IMG/VR virus record: IMGVR_UViG_3300034351_000048
Location: 1-64,000 of that record
Source: a virus
Reading direction: 5' to 3' (one strand)
DNA: 64,000 nt
The translations under genes were made by a program, and so were the position numbers. Positions 30,255 through 40,050 of the stretch are shown one piece after another. Under the pieces are notes generated by a model, which saw only the letters and a program-made list of their open reading frames with translations, ran no database searches and was not told the origin of the DNA. Each line of letters starts with the position of its first letter. Within the stretch, counting starts at the first letter, position 1.

Positions 30255-30755
30255 ATGAGTGATTATTACACAAGCCCTAAATATGGGGTTGCAGTTAAAG
30301 AAGGTTCTTCTTCTTGGATAGTAAAATTAAATGATTTAAATCAAATTTTAACAGATTCAGATTTAGAACAATTACAAAATGAATACAGGGAATATTATGC
30401 ACCTAATGCGGTCAAATGGTTATTATTTTTAGAAGTAGATACAAATTATATAGCTCAAAATCCATTGTTATTAACAAATATAGATGATTTAATAACAGGT
30501 TATCAAACATCACCACCTTCAACCGAACCAAATGTAGGAACTAAATATATTGTTAAGACTACGGGTTTAAGCGGATGGGCATCACAGGATGAAAAATTAG
30601 CGGTTTATATTAATACTGCAAATCCTTATGACCCAACTGATGCAACACAATGGGCGTTTTTAACACCTTCGGATGGGTATGTTGTTCAAAATAAAGCGGA
30701 TGATAAGGTTTATGAGTGGAGTAGTGCTATTTCAGCACAATGGGGTGAATTATAA
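30255..30755 (+). CDS. DUF2793-like structural protein
   Basis: TSPPSTEPNVGTKYIV...GWASQDEKLAVY...WAFLTPSDG. Confidence 0.6.
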   Translation: MSDYYTSPKYGVAVKEGSSSWIVKLNDLNQILTDSDLEQLQNEYREYYAPNAVKWLLFLEVDTNYIAQNPLLLTNIDDLITGYQTSPPSTEPNVGTKYIVKTTGLSGWASQDEKLAVYINTANPYDPTDATQWAFLTPSDGYVVQNKADDKVYEWSSAISAQWGEL

Positions 30756-31300
30756 TGTATTGTAGTATAGAGGAAGTCAGAAATAAAGATACTTTAAATT
30801 TAACAACTGCTATGACAGATAGTGAAATAGAAAATTACATTCAAGTTTCTATGGATATGATAGACCATTTAACTAAAAGTATTTTTGATGTAAGATATTT
30901 AAAGTTTACATATGATGATTTGAATATCTATGACTACTCTATATTTACACCCTATCCAGTAATTAGTTTGGATTATGTGAAAGATTATGATACTGAGATT
31001 GAAGTAAAATACACCAAAGGAAAAAGGAAAATAACGTCTATAATAAGCTATGTAGATAAATATAAATTTTCTAAATATACAACCGTTGAAGGTTATTTTG
31101 GTTATGAGGAAACACCTTTTGAAATCAAAGAGGCTACATGTATATTAGCTTTATGGATTATAGAATATAAAGATGATTTAAGTCCTAATATATTAAGAGA
31201 AAGTATAGATACTATTACGGTTCAATATGGCAGTAAATTACCTAATCAAGTATTGAATTTATTGTTTTCTAAGACAAGGACACGTATGAAGTTGATTTGA
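30755..31300 (+). CDS. head-tail adaptor
   Basis: MYCSIEEVR start, GYEETPFEIKEATCILA, RESIDTITVQY. Confidence 0.65.
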   Translation: MYCSIEEVRNKDTLNLTTAMTDSEIENYIQVSMDMIDHLTKSIFDVRYLKFTYDDLNIYDYSIFTPYPVISLDYVKDYDTEIEVKYTKGKRKITSIISYVDKYKFSKYTTVEGYFGYEETPFEIKEATCILALWIIEYKDDLSPNILRESIDTITVQYGSKLPNQVLNLLFSKTRTRMKLI

Positions 31301-31309
31301 GGTTAATAA

Positions 31310-31938
31310 ATGATTTCAAGATTTTTATGGGATCGATTTAAAGTATCCTTAACTATAAAAAATAATGATGAAATATTTTACATAAATGGAATTAGGAAAT
31401 TAAAAAATCCTGGAACTAAATCAAGTTTATTAACTTCCCCTGAAACAAATGTAGGGTATTCAAGTGAGAAAACACAAACTTTTTATATATATCCGAAAGA
31501 TAAAGAATTGTTAGAAGAAGGGTATAACATAATACATATAGGAACAGATAATTATGAAAATAATCCTTTTGTAATTAAATATATACATCCAAATGCTTAT
31601 AGATTAGGTAGTGCGATGTTTTATGTAATAGAATGTGAGAATGACAGAAAAATAACCTTAAGTGAGGGGGGAATTTTATAATGGAATTTAGATATAAATT
31701 AAAAATAGATTATACAGACACAAAATTAAAAAATGTTTATAAGGAATATGATAAAATCTACAATATACCAAATGAATTAGTAAAATACGCTAAAAATTTA
31801 AAATTTCAAGGAATTAATGTATTTGAAGAAATTTCAAAAATTGAAATCAAGAAAGTAGAAAAAAAAGAAAAGATTTCAAAAAATGAAGACTCTAAGAATG
31901 ACAAAGATAAAAAAGATTTCAAAGAAGAAAAAGAGTAA
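31310..31938 (+). CDS. putative head closure protein (31310-31681) and hypothetical (31681-31938)
   Basis: Synteny only. Confidence 0.45.
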
Positions 31939-31960
31939 AAAGTAAAGGTGTATTCACATA

Positions 31961-32389
31961 ATGGTTAATATTAGAGTAGATGATAGACAATTAAGAAATC
32001 ACATACTTAAATTAAATACCAGATTAAAAAGTGGTATGAAGAAAGTATTTAATAAATTGGCTAATGAGACATTAAAAAGAACTGATAAAAGATGGGATCA
32101 ACAGGTCAACCCTGATTTCGAACCTTGGAAACCTTTAGCATTTTCCACAATTATGAGAAAAGGGCATGCTACTATTTTATATGATACAGGATTATTACAA
32201 GATTCAATAGAAAAAGAAATATATAATGACGGATATAAAATATTTACAGATGTGGATTATGCCGTTTATCATCAATATGGAACACATAACATAGAAAAAA
32301 GAGAATTCTTAGGGTTTGAGGAAGAGGAAGTAAAAAGAGCAAGAGAAATAATAGTAAACTTCTTGGAAAAAGGTGATATACGTGAGTGA
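31961..32389 (+). CDS. virion morphogenesis protein (P2 gpS/Mu gpG family)
   Basis: WKPLAFST...LYDTGLLQDSI...YAVYHQYG...REFLG. Confidence 0.85.
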   Translation: MVNIRVDDRQLRNHILKLNTRLKSGMKKVFNKLANETLKRTDKRWDQQVNPDFEPWKPLAFSTIMRKGHATILYDTGLLQDSIEKEIYNDGYKIFTDVDYAVYHQYGTHNIEKREFLGFEEEEVKRAREIIVNFLEKGDIRE

Positions 32390-32930
32390 TGTAAACAGTG
32401 TGGCTAACATAGTATATAGTTTCTTAAAAACGAAATTAATAACAATAGGTATTCCATCCGAAAAATGTTTTTTATATGTTTTGGATGATACACCTACAAA
32501 GTTTTATGATATACCCGCTGCCATGATATACTTTGATATAGCTAATGATGAAAATATATTTACTAAACAGTATTCACAAAGAAATATTTCAAATACTGAA
32601 AATTATATTTATAATAAAGTTGTCAGTCAGACTTTAAATTGCATTGTTAATATCTTTGATTCAAGGGAAAAGATATTTTTACATAAAGATAGGTTTTATA
32701 CTGTATTTAATACAGATGTAATACCATATGAAGAAAACGATATTACAAATAACATAAAATTAAATTTTAAAAGAAATCAAATAGCATCTTTAGAATCTAA
32801 AAAACCAGGTGTATGTGTAGCACAGATTTTTATGGAATTTATGTACTCCTTATTTTTTATTCAAGAAGGTGGCTATAAAATTACAGATATCGATACAAGT
32901 AATGTAAGATATCGAGAAGAAATTCAATAA
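32373..32930 (+). CDS. putative tail terminator
   Basis: Synteny before the sheath gene. Confidence 0.45.
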   Translation: MIYVSDVNSVANIVYSFLKTKLITIGIPSEKCFLYVLDDTPTKFYDIPAAMIYFDIANDENIFTKQYSQRNISNTENYIYNKVVSQTLNCIVNIFDSREKIFLHKDRFYTVFNTDVIPYEENDITNNIKLNFKRNQIASLESKKPGVCVAQIFMEFMYSLFFIQEGGYKITDIDTSNVRYREEIQ

Positions 32931-32942
32931 TAGGAGGGTTAA

Positions 32943-34652
32943 ATGACACCAAGAACGATTACAAGATTAGCAGAAACCGCAAGTATACCAAATTTAGAAG
33001 ATGTTGATTTCACACCGTTAATTGTAGCTAACGGCCCAAGTGGTGCTATAAGTAGTGTAACAGCCGACGCAGGAAATACAGGTGATGGAACAGTTGCATT
33101 TGCTAATGAACCTACAGCGGATTTGGATTTAGTTATAGATGTAACAACAACAGGTGTAGTTGGTGTAATGGCTTTTAGATATTCAATCGATGGGGGAACT
33201 AATTATTCAGATCCTATATCTTCTGTAGGTCAAACAAGTGGAGTAGCTTTTGATTTTATAGAAAACATGACTATAACTTTAACAGATGGAACATCACCTT
33301 TTACATTAGGTGATAAATGGTACGCTACAATGAATGGATCAATGTTGGCTAATTATCCTGTATTAGTAACTCCTGATTCTGTAGATACTATAGTTAAAGG
33401 CGGACATTTATATGACGCTATAAAGATGTATTTTAATGCGAGTGTAAATACTTATGGATCACCAGGAAGATGTTATGCTATAAGACCTACAAATGATAAT
33501 GCGGGTAGTTTAGGAACTGTAACAAGTGTTATAACAGGTAATGGAACTATAGGAATCGCGGGGACACCTACACGAGATATGGAAATAAAAGTAGAAATAA
33601 TATTAGTAGGCGGTCAATGTGCAACGGCTAAATATAGATATTCTATAAACGGTGGAGATACTTGGAGTGATACTTATACAACCCCTGCATCTGGAACAGG
33701 TGTTTATATAGGTTATGGTGTAACAGTTACATTTACAGATGGTTCGGCTCCAAGTTATAACATAGGAGATTATGCCGAAGTTACTGCAACAGCACCTTAC
33801 GCAACTGATATATTAAAAGCATTTTCCGATAGTTTAAGCACTATATTAGTAAGAGATGATGTTAAATATAATGGAAATTTCGGGATGATATTAGTTGCAG
33901 AGGATACAGAATATTCAGAATGGCTATACATGACAGAAATTCTTGACCAAATTGAGGATGCGGGTTATCCACAATGGTGTATAATGCAACCGGATCAAAG
34001 AACCTCTGTTGAAACTGTTTCAGCATGGGTTACAGATACAGTTAATGAAGCAACACCGTTTTTTGATAAAAGAATTGCTATAACACCATTTTCTATAAAT
34101 ACAAATCTATATACAAATAAGAACTTTTCATCCATATTAATGGGTGTTTATTCAGTAGTTCCAGTAGGATTCGACGCAGGAGATATCAATTATGTAAATT
34201 TATTAGACTCAGGTATAACAAGTGTAGTTGATAAAGATGCTTTAAGAGCTTATAGAGATACTTTGGATGAGGCAAGATATGTAGTTGTATATGACAAACC
34301 AAATATTGACGGGGACTTTATAGCTAATTCAAACTTGATGAGTACAAGTGGTAGTTCATATAAATATATAAGAGATATTAGAGTAGCTAATAGAGTAAGA
34401 AGATTGGCACAGGTTAAAGGTGATACGATGTTGAAGAGGACTTATTTAAATAATGCCTCTTCTCTAATAGCAATAGCTACAGAAATAGAAACTTATATAC
34501 TGAATAATACTCGTGGCCAAGTTACAGATATTAATGTAGAAGTTCTTTCAAGTTTAACAGATTTACAGAATGGTACTGTTAGATTAAAAATAGTTATAGA
34601 TAAAACATTATTGCTTGATGAATTAGATATAACAGTTCAATATAGCGCATAG
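32943..34652 (+). CDS. tail sheath protein (DUF2586-like)
   Basis: Repeated RYSIDGG/RYSINGG inserts; LDEARYV, YIRDIRVANRVRR C-terminal sheath motifs. Confidence 0.8.
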   Translation: MTPRTITRLAETASIPNLEDVDFTPLIVANGPSGAISSVTADAGNTGDGTVAFANEPTADLDLVIDVTTTGVVGVMAFRYSIDGGTNYSDPISSVGQTSGVAFDFIENMTITLTDGTSPFTLGDKWYATMNGSMLANYPVLVTPDSVDTIVKGGHLYDAIKMYFNASVNTYGSPGRCYAIRPTNDNAGSLGTVTSVITGNGTIGIAGTPTRDMEIKVEIILVGGQCATAKYRYSINGGDTWSDTYTTPASGTGVYIGYGVTVTFTDGSAPSYNIGDYAEVTATAPYATDILKAFSDSLSTILVRDDVKYNGNFGMILVAEDTEYSEWLYMTEILDQIEDAGYPQWCIMQPDQRTSVETVSAWVTDTVNEATPFFDKRIAITPFSINTNLYTNKNFSSILMGVYSVVPVGFDAGDINYVNLLDSGITSVVDKDALRAYRDTLDEARYVVVYDKPNIDGDFIANSNLMSTSGSSYKYIRDIRVANRVRRLAQVKGDTMLKRTYLNNASSLIAIATEIETYILNNTRGQVTDINVEVLSSLTDLQNGTVRLKIVIDKTLLLDELDITVQYSA

Positions 34653-34664
34653 GAGGTAATAAGA

Positions 34665-35138
34665 ATGGCAATAAGTAATTTTCCTGATTCAATCGGTGAG
34701 GTTATCGGTTGGAGTCAAATGGTTATTACTATAAATGGAATAGTTTTCCCAGGTATACAAAGAATAAAAACACCTGATATAGAATTTGGAGTAGAAAACA
34801 TTTATGGTCAAGGGGTAAGTGGTATAGGTTATTCTGTAGGAAATACGGAACCAGATGTAGGTGCGATTGATGTATTAAAAGATAGTTATTTAGATATGTT
34901 AGTTCAATTAACTGCGAATGCTCAAGAAGTAGAATTAACAAATACACCATTGACAATTGTAATATCATCTGATCCAGATCAGAATGCTATCGTAGATCAA
35001 GTTATAGAAACATATAGAAATGTAAAAGTTACTAAGATAACTAAACCTGATATGAATCAAGGTGATAAATCATTTATGTATACTTTAGATTTAAGATTCC
35101 CTAATGAGGGTGATTTAGATATAACAAGGAAAGTATAA
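34665..35138 (+). CDS. tail tube protein
   Basis: Follows the sheath; GWSQ...IYGQG...GYSVGN...QGDK. Confidence 0.7.
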   Translation: MAISNFPDSIGEVIGWSQMVITINGIVFPGIQRIKTPDIEFGVENIYGQGVSGIGYSVGNTEPDVGAIDVLKDSYLDMLVQLTANAQEVELTNTPLTIVISSDPDQNAIVDQVIETYRNVKVTKITKPDMNQGDKSFMYTLDLRFPNEGDLDITRKV

Positions 35139-35139
35139 T

Positions 35140-35733
35140 ATGGCATTTGAAACCCTTGTAAATACTTTAGGAAATATAGAAAACACAGTGGGGATTATAA
35201 GTGGTCAAATAGCGGATTACGATGTAAGACAAATAACAGGTCTAATCCCCAACCTGTTTTTGCAACATGGATGGTCTTCCACAATGTATTTAATTAATGC
35301 GTTGTATCTACCAGGAATACAAGAATTTGAACCTCCTACTTTTGGAGGTGTAAATGATATATCCAATATGGATTATGAGGAAGTATATACACCTAATTAT
35401 AGTTTTCCAATAGGTAGAAGATATAAAAACGCTTCGGGTTCTAATAATTCTGATACACAAAGTGGGTATTTTAATGTATTAAGACAAGATTTAGTATCAT
35501 TCTTAAGATGGATAGAAACACCACAAGCAGACAAAAACAATATGTTGATATTAGAAGTTATGGGATCGGCAAGAGCCGAACCAACTGTAAATTCTATAAC
35601 TGTTTATAAAAATGTAAAATTGAAAAGTTGTAAAGAATCTACAAGAAAACAAGGTGATAAGGCATATACGGGTAGGATCAATTTAATTTTTACAGAAAGA
35701 CCTCATATTTATACGGCATTAGGGGAAGTTTAA
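35140..35733 (+). CDS. second tail tube-like protein
   Basis: Shares GWS, PGIQ, Y(R/K)NVK and QGDK motifs with 34665..35138. Confidence 0.6.
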   Translation: MAFETLVNTLGNIENTVGIISGQIADYDVRQITGLIPNLFLQHGWSSTMYLINALYLPGIQEFEPPTFGGVNDISNMDYEEVYTPNYSFPIGRRYKNASGSNNSDTQSGYFNVLRQDLVSFLRWIETPQADKNNMLILEVMGSARAEPTVNSITVYKNVKLKSCKESTRKQGDKAYTGRINLIFTERPHIYTALGEV

Positions 35734-35793
35734 ATTTGACTTATTTTTAAATTTGTATTATTTTAATTTAAAATATACAAAAAAGAGGAAAAT

Positions 35794-36084
35794 ATGACAA
35801 AAAATATAACTATTATAATATTAATATTCGTAATATTAGTATTATTTATAAACACTAACCAAAATAATCTAAGCTCACAAGAATTAAAAATAGATACTGT
35901 AATTTTCAGTGATTCTACACAAGATATATATGATGAATACCAAGAAATACTCAACAAAAATAATCCAAATACAAGTGATTTAAAGCGTCTTAATTCAATC
36001 TTTTTAACAATTATGTATGATAACATTAAAAATCAACAAAAGGTGTATAATAACCTTAAAATTTTAACTAAAAGTTGTAAATAA
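35794..36084 (+). CDS. moron-like exported/membrane-anchored protein
   Basis: Own TTGACT-N17-TATTTT promoter from 35737; hydrophobic N-terminus. Confidence 0.55.
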   Translation: MTKNITIIILIFVILVLFINTNQNNLSSQELKIDTVIFSDSTQDIYDEYQEILNKNNPNTSDLKRLNSIFLTIMYDNIKNQQKVYNNLKILTKSCK

Positions 36085-36095
36085 TCGGAGGAAAT

Positions 36096-36500
36096 ATGAT
36101 AAAAATAGAGGAAAAAACAAATTATCAACAAAGAATTGATAAGGTAATCAAAGAAGAAAAAGAGAAAAGACACAATCTTTTTGATTGGGAATTGGAAATA
36201 CCTGAAGAAGATGGAAAACATATAGATTCAGAAGGCAATAAATATAACATTTATTATTGTGTATATAGAATGCCTACTTCACAAGAATTTAAAGAGATAA
36301 AAAAGAAAGCAAGCCTCTTTAATTCGGGTAAATTACAAGATTTTGATAATGAAGATATACTCCAAAATTGTTGTATATTTCCAACATTTCAGGAAATGCA
36401 ACGTTTTGAAGAGGCACATTTAGGAACTTTTGATGAATTAGTAAAAGAAATTATATCTAAGACAAGTTTAAATGCGGTTAGCCGCTCAAAAAAGTTGTAG
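36096..36500 (+). CDS. tail assembly chaperone (lambda gpG analogue)
   Basis: Position before the tape measure; ends in slippery A AAA AAG. Confidence 0.7.
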   Translation: MIKIEEKTNYQQRIDKVIKEEKEKRHNLFDWELEIPEEDGKHIDSEGNKYNIYYCVYRMPTSQEFKEIKKKASLFNSGKLQDFDNEDILQNCCIFPTFQEMQRFEEAHLGTFDELVKEIISKTSLNAVSRSKKL

Positions 36501-36820
36501 ACTATGGTAAGGACTACTTTAAAGAGAACGAGCTGTTCAATTATTTGATTGAAACTTTCTTTGTACAAGATTATATTAAAAATAATCTTAGAAATAATGT
36601 ATTTTATAGAATAAAAAAGAATGTATTAGCTCTCTTTGGTAAGGAACCTAAAAATAAAGTAAACGAGTTTTTTACTAAAGATATAAATAAAGTAGATGTG
36701 TTCTCTGATGAATACCTTACCGCGGTTGGATATGTGTTATCCTTAAGAGATTTCTTTAAGGATATAATAAGAGATGGAACTATGGAAGCCTTAGCAGAGG
36801 TGTTGAAAAAGGTAAAATAA
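36488..36820 (+). CDS. -1 frameshift extension of the tail chaperone (gpGT analogue)
   Basis: The -1 frame from 36488 is open and in frame with track ORF 36545..36820, which lacks an RBS. Confidence 0.7.
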   Translation, partial: KKVVDYGKDYFKENELFNYLIETFFVQDYIKNNLRNNVFYRIKKNVLALFGKEPKNKVNEFFTKDINKVDVFSDEYLTAVGYVLSLRDFFKDIIRDGTMEALAEVLKKVK

Positions 36821-39800
36821 ATGGCTAAAAATGTAGATGTTTCGATACATTTTCTAACAAAAGGTAAAGATGCTGTTTTAAACTCTATGAAGAGTATAAC
36901 AGGTTCTATTGGGCATATGGCTAAAGTAGGTGCCGTTCAACTTGGTAATTTCTTCAAAGATTCTATTCAACTTGGCCAAGATTTTGAAATGGCTATTACA
37001 CAAGTAGGAGTTACAGCGGGAGCTACAGAAGAAGAATTTAATCAATTGTCTGAAGCCGCTAAAAAAGCAGGTGAAACAACTATGTTTACAGCCGTCGAAT
37101 CCGCGGATGCTTTAAATAATTTAGCCTCTGCGGGTTTTGGTGTTAAAGGTTCTATAGATTTATTACAACCAACTTTAAAATTAGCAGTTGGAGGAAATTT
37201 AAGTTTAGAAAAATCATCTAAGGTTGTAACAGCCGCATTAAAAGGATTTGGAGTTGAAAGCGAAAATGCTGAGGGGCTTTTAGATAAATTATTAAAAACT
37301 ACTCAAGTAAGTAGTATCAAAATGGGTGATTTAACGGCTGTTTTAGGTAATATGAGTGCTAAAGTAGTAGTATTCCAAGGGCACATTGAAGGTTTTATAG
37401 GGACTTCACTCGCAATGGCGGGTGCTTTAAAAGATTCAGGTATATCAGCAAGCAAGGCTGGGACTGATGTTGCGAGGTTAGTTGAGAGGTTTGGTGCGGC
37501 GGGTGAAAAGGAATCTGTAATAGCCAGTTTATTTGAAGGAGATGCGAAGGCTTTATTTGATACCGAAGGTAAAATGCTTGATGTTTTGGATATTGTAGAT
37601 AAGTTTCAAGAAAAATTTAAAGGTTTTAAAAATGAAGGGTTATTATTTAAGGATTTAAATTCTACTTTTGAGAATTTAATGCCAAGATTCAATGAGTTAT
37701 TACCTGACACTCAATCCGCATTAGATGCTATAACTCAATTATACGCGGCTCATCCTGATCAATTAAAAAAAATAATGGAAACTTTTAATAAGACTTCTAA
37801 AGATTCTCAAAAGGATTTTTTAATAGAGACACTTAATAAAAGTCAACAATCCTTAAATGCTTTAGGAAGACTTGGTACCGAAGGGGCTGTATCTTTTATA
37901 GGAAACTTGATAAAAGATAATGAGGAAATGTCAGAAAGATTCTTCAATAGTTTAGGCAAGTTTACAGATGCGGATACTTGGAACATAATGAAAGATTTAT
38001 TAGGAACAAAAGGTCTTTCTACTTTCTTCACATTAGTTAATCAAGGAACTGATAACATAAGAGCTAACGCTAAAAAAATAAATGAAGCAAGTGGGGAATT
38101 AGCCGCGGCCGAAAAAAAGTTCAATGATACTCTAAAAGGTCAAGTGGCTTTATTTCAATCGGCATGGCAAGGATTTCAATTAAGAACATCTGATCAATTA
38201 CAAAGTACTATAAAAAATACTATAGGAGGCGTTAGAAATTTATTATTTGGTGGGGAAGAAGTTCAAATTCCAGTGGATTTAGGCCTGGATGAGGCTGATA
38301 AGTTTATAAGTCAAAAATTAAATGAAGGTTTTCAAAAAGTTGATGGAAAACTTGTAAAAAAAGGTTTGTTAGATTTAATTGATTTAGAAGCTATAGGAAA
38401 CGCATTTAAAGGCCTTATGGATAGTGCTTTAAGTATGGCAAATAAACTTGTTCCAATTATAACAGATATATTTGATAAATTCAAAACAGGTGATTTTGGT
38501 GGAATTGTTACAATAATAATGGATATGGTAATTAAAGGATTAAATAAAATGGCTGAAAGGATACCCGCCATTATAAACTCTATTGCGGAAGCTTTACCTG
38601 GGATAATAACTTCCTTAGCAACATCTTTGCCTAAAATAGCTACAGCTTTAACAAAGATATTAACTACTTTATTAAGTAGTTTTATAAAAGTATTACCGAA
38701 TATAATAGAAGCAATATTAACAGAATTACCTAAAATTATCGAGGCGATATTAACAGAATTACCTAAAATTGTTGAAATGTTAATTGGGTTATTACCTGAT
38801 ATTGTAGAATCTTTAAGTGCCTTATTACCAAATCTTATTAATACTATAATAAGTGTTTTACCTCAAATAATAAATTCTATAATTCAACTATTGCCTACAT
38901 TGATAAATAGTATTATAGGAATATTACCAACGTTAATAAATGCTATTGTGGAATTATTACCTGGCCTTATTGCTGGTATTTTAGCTCTTTTACCAGGTTT
39001 AATTGAAAATATAATTGGGTTATTACCAACATTGATTCAAGCTATAATATCCCTTATACCCGAACTTATTGGTGGTATAATTGAAGTTTTACCATATCTT
39101 ATTCAATCTTTAGTAGAATTATTACCTGGTATCATTACAGGGATTATTGATCTTTTACCTGGGTTGATAGAATCTATTATTTCACTATTACCAACATTAA
39201 TTGAGGCTATTGTAACTTTAATACCTACTTTAATAGATACAATAGTTAATTTAATTCCAATTATTATAAATTCTATTATTACAATGATACCAGAAATAAT
39301 AAATTCAATAGTTGAGGCAATACCTCAAATTATAAATTCAATAGTCGAAGCTATTCCACAGATTATAACTTCTATATTAGATGCTTTGCCTGAAATAATA
39401 ATGAGTATTATTGAAGCTATACCAGATATAATATTATCAATAGTTGAGGCAATACCTCAAATTATAACAGCAATAAATGAAAAAGCTCCTGATATAATAT
39501 TAGCAATTTTAAAGGAACTTCCAAGAATAATTAAAGTCTTAGTGTTTGATTTACCTAAACAAATAATAGACGCGTTAATAGCTCAAGTTCCTAAATTAGC
39601 AACCGCGTTAGGTAAAGCCATATCTGGGGTTTTTAGTGGCATTAGTGGTTTTTTTGATAATTTATTTGGTAAAAGTGGCCCTCAAAAAAAAGCTAACGGT
39701 GGATTAATAACAGGCCCAAGTTCACCATTAGATTCTATTCCAGCTTTATTAACAGGTGGCGAGTTTGTAGTAAATGCGGATTCTACAAGGAAATTTTTAC

Positions 39801-40042
39801 CTTTATTGGAACAAATAAATACAAACGGGTTTCCTAAATTCGCTACAGGTGGCAAGGTAGAATTACCAAATATTACACCTACAAATGTTACAAATATGGG
39901 AAGTGAAACACAAAATAAAAACGTTAGTTTAAGTATAGGTAATATAAGTATAAATGGTGTAAAGAGTGATATAAACGCATCAGAATTGGCTGCTATGATA
40001 AAGAAAGAAATAGCAGACGAATTAAATTTATTGATATCGTAG
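36821..40042 (+). CDS. tape measure protein (TP901-core type)
   Basis: FEMAITQVG...AKKAGETTMFTAVESADALNNLASAG; 11-aa repeats; ALLTGGEFVVN C-terminal motif. Confidence 0.9.
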   Translation: MAKNVDVSIHFLTKGKDAVLNSMKSITGSIGHMAKVGAVQLGNFFKDSIQLGQDFEMAITQVGVTAGATEEEFNQLSEAAKKAGETTMFTAVESADALNNLASAGFGVKGSIDLLQPTLKLAVGGNLSLEKSSKVVTAALKGFGVESENAEGLLDKLLKTTQVSSIKMGDLTAVLGNMSAKVVVFQGHIEGFIGTSLAMAGALKDSGISASKAGTDVARLVERFGAAGEKESVIASLFEGDAKALFDTEGKMLDVLDIVDKFQEKFKGFKNEGLLFKDLNSTFENLMPRFNELLPDTQSALDAITQLYAAHPDQLKKIMETFNKTSKDSQKDFLIETLNKSQQSLNALGRLGTEGAVSFIGNLIKDNEEMSERFFNSLGKFTDADTWNIMKDLLGTKGLSTFFTLVNQGTDNIRANAKKINEASGELAAAEKKFNDTLKGQVALFQSAWQGFQLRTSDQLQSTIKNTIGGVRNLLFGGEEVQIPVDLGLDEADKFISQKLNEGFQKVDGKLVKKGLLDLIDLEAIGNAFKGLMDSALSMANKLVPIITDIFDKFKTGDFGGIVTIIMDMVIKGLNKMAERIPAIINSIAEALPGIITSLATSLPKIATALTKILTTLLSSFIKVLPNIIEAILTELPKIIEAILTELPKIVEMLIGLLPDIVESLSALLPNLINTIISVLPQIINSIIQLLPTLINSIIGILPTLINAIVELLPGLIAGILALLPGLIENIIGLLPTLIQAIISLIPELIGGIIEVLPYLIQSLVELLPGIITGIIDLLPGLIESIISLLPTLIEAIVTLIPTLIDTIVNLIPIIINSIITMIPEIINSIVEAIPQIINSIVEAIPQIITSILDALPEIIMSIIEAIPDIILSIVEAIPQIITAINEKAPDIILAILKELPRIIKVLVFDLPKQIIDALIAQVPKLATALGKAISGVFSGISGFFDNLFGKSGPQKKANGGLITGPSSPLDSIPALLTGGEFVVNADSTRKFLPLLEQINTNGFPKFATGGKVELPNITPTNVTNMGSETQNKNVSLSIGNISINGVKSDINASELAAMIKKEIADELNLLIS
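38560..39620 (+). repeat. 33-bp / 11-aa repeats in the tape measure
   Basis: About 30 units of (L/I)P-x-(I/L)I-x-x-I-x-x-x. Confidence 0.85.
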
Positions 40043-40050
40043 GTTAAAAA

